64,000 nucleotides of DNA from Planctomycetota bacterium (lineage in GTDB: Bacteria; Planctomycetota; UBA11346), in assembly GCA_025055595.1 (NCBI GenBank), contig JANWWU010000083.1:200-64199 (forward strand), in the 5' to 3' direction. Positions 57,872 to 64,000 of the stretch are shown piece after piece. The notes under the pieces are model-generated. The model ran no database searches. It was given only the letters and a program-made list of their open reading frames with translations, and had not been told where the DNA came from. The translations under genes were made by a program, and so were the position numbers. The first letter of the stretch is position 1, and every line of letters starts with the position of its first letter.

Positions 57872-59211
57872 GGCCGGGCCTCCGTGCGCTCGTCCTGCCG
57901 GGCCGCGAGCGCCGCCAGGCTGGCGCGCAGTCGCTCCTGCAGGGCCTTGACCTCGGGCGCCGCCGCCGGCAAGCGCAGGACGCGCGCTGCCAGGTCGTAG
58001 AGCGCGCGCTCGGCTTCCAGGCGCGCCAGCTCGTTGGCCGCCAGCTGCTGCTGCAGGGACGCCAGCTGGGCCTCGGCGGCACGGACGCGCTGCGCCGCCT
58101 CTTCCGCGCTCGCCAGCCGCGCCAACGCCTCGGCGCGCTGCTGCTCGGCCTCCTGCAGCCGGCGCCGGGCCTGCGCCAGCTCCTCGCGCAGCGTGCTCGT
58201 CAGGGCCTCCGCCTGCCGCGCCTGCTCCTGGGCCAGCGCGCGCTCCGCCTGCAGGCGCTCCAGCCGCTCGAGCACGCCCTCGCTGCGCGTCGGGTCGCGG
58301 GTCAGCAGGGCGGCGACGGCGTTGGCGCGGCCGAGCTCCCGCCGCTCGAGCTCGGCGAGCCGCGCCGCCAGCTGCTCGCGCGCCTCGCGCTCGGCGGTCA
58401 GCTGGCGCTCGGCGTTGCGCGCCAGCTCCTGACGCTCCCGCTCGGCCTGGGAGAGGCGCCGCCCCGCTTCCTGCAGCGCGGTCGTCAAGCGTTCGACTTC
58501 CAGCCGCAGGCGGTCGCGCTCCTCCTCGGTCTGCCGCATCCGCTCCTGCGCTGCCTGGCGCTCGCTGGCCACCGCCAGCGCCGTCAGGTTGCTCGCCGCG
58601 GCCTGCGCCTGCGCCAGGGCCGCAGCATGCAGGCGCTCGCGCTCGGCGAGCGCCGCGCGCTGCCGCTCCTCGGCCGCGGCCAGCTGCTGCGCGCATTCGG
58701 CGCGCAGGCGGGCGAGCTCGGCGTCGTGGCGGGCGACGGCCTCGGCGAGCAGGCGCCGGTACTGCTCGCGCAGGACGAGCGCGGCGCGCCCGCTCTCGGC
58801 GTCCTCGGGCGCGGCGGAGCGCACCGGCAGCAGGTCGAGATCGGTCAGCTCGCGCACGCGGTCGCCCGGCTGCGGCGCCTCCAGCGGATCGGTCAGCGCC
58901 AGCACGCGCGCGATCGCCCGGCCCTCGCCGGCCACTTCCGTCACCTGGGCCATGCCCTTGATCCGCTGGCCGTCGGCGCTGAGGATCCGCAGCGGCGCTC
59001 CGGGGGTCGCGCCGGCGAGCTCGAGCTCGAGCAGGGGCCGGCCCTCTGCGCCCTGGGCGACGGTCCGCACCGTGCCGGTGGCCGCAGCCGGGGCGCTCTC
59101 CTGCTTCGCCGCGCCGGCGGCGGCCGGCTCGCTGGCGGGACGCGGGGCGCTGCAGGCGTTGCACCACGCGACAGCGGTGAGGACGATCGGAACGAGGCGG
59201 CGGGCGCGCAT
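57868..59211 (-). CDS. Coiled-coil lipoprotein (447 aa) with N-terminal beta-rich domain
   Basis: The ATG at 59211 is the real C-terminal part of the spurious 1989-aa ORF. It has a signal/lipobox VAWCNAC and a beta-rich domain of about 110 aa (…GTVRTVAQG…PGDRVRE), then a coiled coil of about 320 aa. The C-terminal motif QQLAANELARLEAERALYDLAARVLRL is paralogous to the downstream gene. Confidence 0.65.
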   Translation of the reverse strand: MRARRLVPIVLTAVAWCNACSAPRPASEPAAAGAAKQESAPAAATGTVRTVAQGAEGRPLLELELAGATPGAPLRILSADGQRIKGMAQVTEVAGEGRAIARVLALTDPLEAPQPGDRVRELTDLDLLPVRSAAPEDAESGRAALVLREQYRRLLAEAVARHDAELARLRAECAQQLAAAEERQRAALAERERLHAAALAQAQAAASNLTALAVASERQAAQERMRQTEEERDRLRLEVERLTTALQEAGRRLSQAERERQELARNAERQLTAEREAREQLAARLAELERRELGRANAVAALLTRDPTRSEGVLERLERLQAERALAQEQARQAEALTSTLREELAQARRRLQEAEQQRAEALARLASAEEAAQRVRAAEAQLASLQQQLAANELARLEAERALYDLAARVLRLPAAAPEVKALQERLRASLAALAARQDERTEARP

Positions 59212-59264
59212 GGCAGCTGACGGCTTGAAAGCACGCGGCGTGCCAGCGCTCAGAACGCTGCCCC

Positions 59265-59292
59265 TTGACCGGCAGGGGCGTCGTGATACAAG
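59265..59292 (+). promoter_or_regulatory. Candidate sigma70-type promoter for rpsB-tsf
   Basis: TTGACC (59265-70), a 16-nt spacer, and an extended -10 TG-n-TACAAG (59284-92) lie about 118 nt upstream of the rpsB ATG. Confidence 0.3.
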
Positions 59293-59409
59293 CCGCTCTC
59301 TCGTCATCCGTACGCCGGCTCCGCTCAGCGGCGGCGCGCCGACCGGCGGCGGCCACCCCCGCGCGCTGCCATCCCCTGCGCCCGTGCAGAGGGCCGGAAG
59401 GGAGCCACC

Positions 59410-60135
59410 ATGCCGATCGTCGATCTCCAAACCCTGCTGGCCAGCGGCATCCATTACGGCTCGAGCACCAGCCTGTGGCACCCGCGGATGAAGCCGTACA
59501 TCTTCGGCAGCAGCGGTGGCATCCACATCATCGATATCCGTCAAACCGCCCGCCAGCTGGTGCAGGCCTACTACTACGCGGCGCGCCTCGGCCGCGAGAA
59601 CAAGGTCCTGCTCTTCGTCGGCACCAAGCGCCAGGCGCGCGATGTGATCCGCGACGCCGCCCGCGCCACCGGCATGCCCTATGTCGCCGAGCGCTGGCTC
59701 GGCGGCACCCTGACCAACTTCGAGACCGTGCGCTCCGCGGTCCGCCGCCTCGACGCGATCGAGCAGCGGATGTACTCCGCCGAGTACCTGCGCGAGTCGA
59801 AGAAGATGCAGGCCCGCGATCAGCGCGAGCGGCGGCGCATCCTGCGCAACCTCGAGGGCGTGCGCACGATGAACAAGCTGCCGGACGCGCTGTTCGTCGT
59901 CGACCCGCAGTACGAGGCGACGGCGGTCCACGAAGCGCGCCGCCTGGGAATCCCGATCATCGGCCTGGTCGACAGCGATACCGACCCGATGCTCGTCGAT
60001 CTGCCGATCCCCGGCAACGATGACGGCATCCGCCCGATCCAGCTCGTCGTCAAGATCATCGTCGACGGCCTGCAGAAGGGTCGCGCCGAGCAGTTCACAC
60101 CCAACCCCGACGCCACGGCCGCCGCCCAGGCCTGA
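59410..60135 (+). CDS. rpsB: 30S ribosomal protein S2
   Basis: The 241-aa protein has an AAGGGAG RBS and begins LLASGIHYGSSTSLWHPRMKPYIFG.., the bS2 signature. Confidence 0.98.
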   Translation: MPIVDLQTLLASGIHYGSSTSLWHPRMKPYIFGSSGGIHIIDIRQTARQLVQAYYYAARLGRENKVLLFVGTKRQARDVIRDAARATGMPYVAERWLGGTLTNFETVRSAVRRLDAIEQRMYSAEYLRESKKMQARDQRERRRILRNLEGVRTMNKLPDALFVVDPQYEATAVHEARRLGIPIIGLVDSDTDPMLVDLPIPGNDDGIRPIQLVVKIIVDGLQKGRAEQFTPNPDATAAAQA

Positions 60136-60144
60136 GGAGGAGCC

Positions 60145-60963
60145 ATGCCCGAGATCACCGCCGCCCTGGTCAACGAGCTGCGCTCGCTGACCAACCTGCC
60201 GATGATGAAGTGCAAGCAGGCCCTGGTCGCGACCAACGGCGACATCCAGGCCGCGATCGAGTGGCTGCGCAAGCAGGGCGCGGCGACCAGCGCCAAGTTC
60301 GGCGGCCGCGAGACGCCCTGCGGCGCGACCGCGCTGGCGATCGGCGACGGCGCGGGCGTCGCCGTCCTCGTCGGCTGCCAGACCGACTTCGTCGGCAAGA
60401 ACGAGGACTTCCGCGCCTTCGTCCAGCGTCTGGCCGACCTCGCGCTGGCGAGCGGGGCCGGCAGCGTCGAGCAGCTGCAGGCCCAGCGCCTCGGCGGGGT
60501 GCCGGTGCCGGAAGCGATCACCGGCCAGATCCAGAAGATCGGCGAGAACATCCGCCTGGTCGCGGTGCAGCGGATCAGCGCGCCGGTGATCGCCGGCTAC
60601 AACCACGACGGCCGCATCGCCGCCCTGGTCGGCGGCACCGGCGACGCCGGCAAGCTCAAGCAGGTCGCCCTCCATGTCGCCTCCGCCAATCCGCCGCCGG
60701 TCGCCCTCGACCGCAGCGCCGTCGACCCCGCGTTGATCGAGAAAGAGAAGGAGATCATCGCCGCCACCCCCGAGGTCCAGGCCAAGCCCGAGGCGGTGCG
60801 GCCGAAGATCATCGAGGGCAAGCTCGAGCGCTTCTTCAAGGAGCAGGTGCTGCTCGACCAGGAGATGCTGTTCGACGCCGAGAAGGGCGAATCGGTCGGC
60901 AAGTACGCCAAGCGCGTCGGCATCACGATCGCCGCCTACGCCCGCCTGCAGGTCGGCAGCTGA
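60145..60963 (+). CDS. tsf: Elongation factor Ts
   Basis: The 272-aa protein has a GAGGAGG RBS and begins ITAALVNELRSLTNLPMMKCKQAL, the EF-Ts UBA-like N-terminus. Confidence 0.97.
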   Translation: MPEITAALVNELRSLTNLPMMKCKQALVATNGDIQAAIEWLRKQGAATSAKFGGRETPCGATALAIGDGAGVAVLVGCQTDFVGKNEDFRAFVQRLADLALASGAGSVEQLQAQRLGGVPVPEAITGQIQKIGENIRLVAVQRISAPVIAGYNHDGRIAALVGGTGDAGKLKQVALHVASANPPPVALDRSAVDPALIEKEKEIIAATPEVQAKPEAVRPKIIEGKLERFFKEQVLLDQEMLFDAEKGESVGKYAKRVGITIAAYARLQVGS

Positions 60964-60975
60964 GCGCCGACGCGC

Positions 60976-61965
60976 ATGGCCGAGGACATCCTGGGCAGCG
61001 TCTGCAGCGTCATCGCCAGCGAGGGCGCGGCGCTGGCGGCGCTGCCGGAGATCCTGCGCGGCCAGCAGGCGGCGGTCGAGCGGGCCTGCCGGCTGATCCT
61101 CGGCTGCAGCGGCAACCTCGTCGTCACCGGCATCGGCAAGCCCTGGCACATCGGCGGCAAGATCAGCGCGACCTTCGCCTCCACCGGCACGCCCTCGTTC
61201 ACCCTGCATCCGGCGGAGGCGCGCCACGGCGACCTCGGGCGCCTGCGCGAGCAGGATGTCGTCCTCGCGCTGTCCAACAGCGGGGCCAGCGAGGAGCTCG
61301 TCGCGCTGCTGCCGGCGCTGTCGCGGATCGGCACCCCGCTGATCGCGATCGTCGGCCGCGCCGACTCGCCGCTGGCGCGGCACGCGACGGTCGCCCTCTG
61401 CTACGGGCCGGTCGTCGAGGCCTGCCCGCTCGGGCTGGCGCCGTCGACCAGCACGACGGTGATGCTGGCGCTCGGCGACGCGCTGGCGCTGACCGTGCAG
61501 CGGCTGCGCCGCTTTACCCCTGAGCAGTATGCGCGCTTCCATCCCGGCGGCGCCCTCGGGCGGCGCCTGATGACCTGCGCCGAGGCGATGCGCACCGGCG
61601 AGCGCGTGCCGGCGGTGGCGCCCGGCACGCCGCTGCTGGCGTGCATGCGCGCGATCGGCCGCGCCCGCGCCGGCTCGGTGCTGCTCGTCGACGAGGGCCA
61701 GCGCCTGCTCGGCATCTGCACCGACGGCGACATCCGCCGCGCGCTGGTCGCCAGCGCCGACCCGGCGGCCCTGCTGCAGGCCCCGGTGCAAGCGATCGCC
61801 ACCATGCCCTGCCGCGCGATCCGCGGCGAGGAGCTCGTCGAAGCCGCCCTGCGCCTGTGCGCGACCTGCAAGTTCAACGAGCTGCCGGTGATCGACGGCG
61901 AGGGCCGCCTGCTCGGCCTGCTCGACCTCCAGGACCTCGCGGAGCGCGGCTTCACCCTCGGCTAG
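60976..61965 (+). CDS. kpsF: KpsF/GutQ-family arabinose-5-phosphate isomerase (SIS plus tandem CBS)
   Basis: The 329-aa protein has an SIS domain (VVTGIGKPWHIGGKISATFASTG; LALSNSGASEEL) and C-terminal CBS pairs. Confidence 0.9.
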   Translation: MAEDILGSVCSVIASEGAALAALPEILRGQQAAVERACRLILGCSGNLVVTGIGKPWHIGGKISATFASTGTPSFTLHPAEARHGDLGRLREQDVVLALSNSGASEELVALLPALSRIGTPLIAIVGRADSPLARHATVALCYGPVVEACPLGLAPSTSTTVMLALGDALALTVQRLRRFTPEQYARFHPGGALGRRLMTCAEAMRTGERVPAVAPGTPLLACMRAIGRARAGSVLLVDEGQRLLGICTDGDIRRALVASADPAALLQAPVQAIATMPCRAIRGEELVEAALRLCATCKFNELPVIDGEGRLLGLLDLQDLAERGFTLG

Positions 61966-64000
61966 GCCTCGGCGGCCTCCGCGGCGACCGCATCGAGGGC
62001 GCGCGCGCCCTTGAGCCAGTGGCCGCTGAAGAGGCCGAACGGCGCGTGCCGCGCGGCGCTGGCGCGCAGCGCCGCCGGGCTCAGCGTGCCGGCGCGCAGG
62101 GCGGCGTAGGCCGCGGTCAGCTCGGCGACCGCCGGCGGTGCGAGGTCGGCGAGCTCGAGCAGCCAGCCATCGACCAGGCCCTCGCTCGCCGCCACCGCTT
62201 CCGGAGCGCACAGCCGCCGCCCCTCCCAGAGCACGGTGTCGCGCGCGCGCCGCTGCAGCTGATAGGGCAGGCCGCCCTCGGCGGCGCTGGCGCGCAGCGC
62301 CAGCGCCGCGCCGGGCGCCAGGCCGTGGTCCTGGCGGGTCAGCATCGCCGGCACCCGGCCGTGAGCGACGACCAGCAGGGCGAGCGGCAGGTCGCCGACC
62401 CGGCCGGCGAGGCGCGCCAGCTCGCGGCCGGAGAGCTCGAGCGAGAGCACGGCGCCGGCGGCTCCGAGCTCGGCGAGCTCGACCAGGGTCTGGCGATTCG
62501 TGACATTGAGGCTGGCGTCGGCGATCGCCGGCTGGCCGCGGGCGCGGGCGGCAGCGAGCGCGCCGAGGTGGCCAGCGAACAGCGGCGCGGCGCAGGATGG
62601 CGGCGGCGCCGTCGCCGGCGCGCGCAGCCACAGCCCCTCGGGCGGGGGCCCCGCCACCCGCTGCCAGAGGTCGAGCGTCGGATCGTCGAGCACGACCTCG
62701 TCGGCCCCGGCCTGGCGCGCGGCGGCGGCGGCATCCAGCGAGCCGACCGCCACCCAGAGCCGGGTGCGGCGGCGGCGCAGCGCCGCCGGCGGGGGTGGCG
62801 GGGCCGGCGGCGGCGGCGCGGGCTGCGCCGCCAGCGCCGCCAGCAGGGCGCGCCGCGCGCGCGTCAGCTCGGCGACGGGCACGAAAGCCGCGGGCGCCAG
62901 CTCGCAGGCGAGGTCCTCGAGCAGGTAGCCGGCGTCTTGCAAGGTGCCGAGCGCGCGCCGCACTTCCTCGCTGCACAGCGGCCGGCCGCGGGCCGCCGAT
63001 ACCAGCGGGCCGGAGACGGCGGCGCGGCGCCCGTCGCGGCAGGCGGCCTCCAGCATCAGCGGGCTGCCCGGGACCGCGCGCATGCGCACGGCGAGCGGCA
63101 GGCAGGGGCGGCGCGGCAGCGGCGGCAGGGCGGCGCGCGCCGCGGCGAGCGCGCGCCACACCGCCTGATCGCGGTTGATGAACAGCGGCGTGCCGGACGG
63201 CGCGCGCGGCCCGCGCCGAGCGACGCGCACGCGCAGCCGCCAGCGCCCGCCCTCGGCGGGCGCGGCGGCGAGCACGAGGAAGCCGTCCTGCCACATCCCG
63301 ACATGGAACTGGTAGCCGAGGCCGGCGCGCGGGGCCGACGCGCTGTCGATCAGCGCCGTCTGGCGCCGCCGATCGAGCGCCAGCAGCCGGGCGTCGGGCG
63401 CGCGGTCGTTCTCGGGCGCGGCGCGATGCACGCGCATGCCCTCGCCGAAGTCGCCCTCCAGCGGGCCGGCGGTGAAGGGACGGGCGAAGACCGCGCGCAG
63501 CTGCTCGCCGAGCGCTGCTGGCGGCGGCCGGCCGGCGAGCCAGGCGTCGCGCGCTGCGCGGTAGGCGCTCGTGACAGCGTAGACATAGTCCGGGCCCTTG
63601 AGGCGGCCCTCGATCTTGAACGAAGCGACCCCGGCCTCGATCAGCTCGCCGAGTCGCGGCAGCAGCGCGAGGTCGCGCAGCGAGAGCACGGTGTCGGGCG
63701 GCGCCCCGTCGCCGCGCTCGTAGACGAAGCGGCAGTTCTGCGCGCAGGTCCCGCGGTTGGCCGAACGGCAGCCGGCGAAGTTGGAGATCAGGCACTGCCC
63801 GCTGTAGGCGTAGCACAGGGCGCCGTGCACGAAGCACTCGACCTCGACGCCGTGCGCCCGCGCCGCGGCGGCGCAGGCGCGGATCTCGGGCAGCGTCAGC
63901 TCGCGGGCGAGGATGATCCGCCGCGCGCCGAGCCGCGCCAGCACCGCGATCTGCGACGGATCGTGGACCGTCATCTGGGTCGAGGCATGCAGCGCGAGCT
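61962..64000 (-). CDS. Peptidase U32 family protein (YhbU/RlhA-like), 5'-truncated by the window edge
   Basis: The frame stays open to the window end; …LHASTQMTVHDP… continues upstream of the ORF-track start. The U32 signature is ECFVHGALCYAYSGQCLISNFAGCRSANRGTCAQNCRF. A long C-terminal extension follows. Confidence 0.85.
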   Translation of the reverse strand, partial: LALHASTQMTVHDPSQIAVLARLGARRIILARELTLPEIRACAAAARAHGVEVECFVHGALCYAYSGQCLISNFAGCRSANRGTCAQNCRFVYERGDGAPPDTVLSLRDLALLPRLGELIEAGVASFKIEGRLKGPDYVYAVTSAYRAARDAWLAGRPPPAALGEQLRAVFARPFTAGPLEGDFGEGMRVHRAAPENDRAPDARLLALDRRRQTALIDSASAPRAGLGYQFHVGMWQDGFLVLAAAPAEGGRWRLRVRVARRGPRAPSGTPLFINRDQAVWRALAAARAALPPLPRRPCLPLAVRMRAVPGSPLMLEAACRDGRRAAVSGPLVSAARGRPLCSEEVRRALGTLQDAGYLLEDLACELAPAAFVPVAELTRARRALLAALAAQPAPPPPAPPPPPAALRRRRTRLWVAVGSLDAAAAARQAGADEVVLDDPTLDLWQRVAGPPPEGLWLRAPATAPPPSCAAPLFAGHLGALAAARARGQPAIADASLNVTNRQTLVELAELGAAGAVLSLELSGRELARLAGRVGDLPLALLVVAHGRVPAMLTRQDHGLAPGAALALRASAAEGGLPYQLQRRARDTVLWEGRRLCAPEAVAASEGLVDGWLLELADLAPPAVAELTAAYAALRAGTLSPAALRASAARHAPFGLFSGHWLKGARALDAVAAEAAEA

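Noticed and set aside
57868-63837. A 1989-aa minus-strand ORF covering the antisense of rpsB, tsf and kpsF
   Set aside because: It is an open-frame artefact of high GC. Only the final 447 codons (the coiled-coil lipoprotein from ATG 59211) look real. rpsB, tsf and kpsF on the plus strand are unambiguous.

Overview
This is a very GC-rich bacterial chromosomal segment (by eye well above 65% GC) from a diderm organism; lpxA, flgH/flgI and an OMP-like protein all point to an outer membrane. It is densely packed with housekeeping and respiratory genes. Real genes repeatedly overlap by 4 nt (ATGA/TGATG), while the opposite strands carry long spurious ORFs typical of high-GC DNA. I found no transposases, integrases, CRISPR arrays, rRNA genes or compositional islands.

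Main content, in order:
- cydAB (cytochrome bd oxidase, 3' end cut by the window edge), ftsH, a QueD/PTPS-like protein built from three tandem T-fold repeats, tRNA-Ser(GCU), and glnE.
- A periplasmic solute-binding protein whose stop overlaps the start of a hybrid sensor kinase.
- yraN plus a large AsmA-like envelope protein.
- A 15.5-kb co-directional array: Alternative Complex III actABCDEF, a membrane-anchored monoheme cytochrome c, coxB, coxA, ctaA (heme A synthase), ctaB (heme O synthase), ctaG/cox11, a small TM protein and coxC. An MFS transporter and ftsK follow.
- A DUF218 protein, then a coupled block nadB / Rieske (NirD-like) / 815-aa helical-repeat protein / cbiX.
- metK, hpf, an alpha/beta hydrolase, argS, an RluA-family pseudouridine synthase, an NHL-repeat protein, an OMP-like protein, cimA/leuA-family synthase, queG, lpxA (with an unusual C-terminal zinc ribbon), and slyD.
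- A compact flagellar outer-ring module: a rod-binding FlgJ-N-like protein, flgI and flgH, preceded by three lipoproteins. One is LpoB/CsgG/FlgO-like and two are paralogous coiled-coil lipoproteins.
- rpsB-tsf, kpsF, and a 5'-truncated U32 peptidase at the window end.

The most interesting candidates are the single-chain triple T-fold QueD/PTPS, the lipoprotein trio attached to flgH-flgI, the nadB-Rieske-repeat-cbiX coupled operon, and the fully coupled ACIII-cyt c-aa3-heme A-Cox11 mega-operon.
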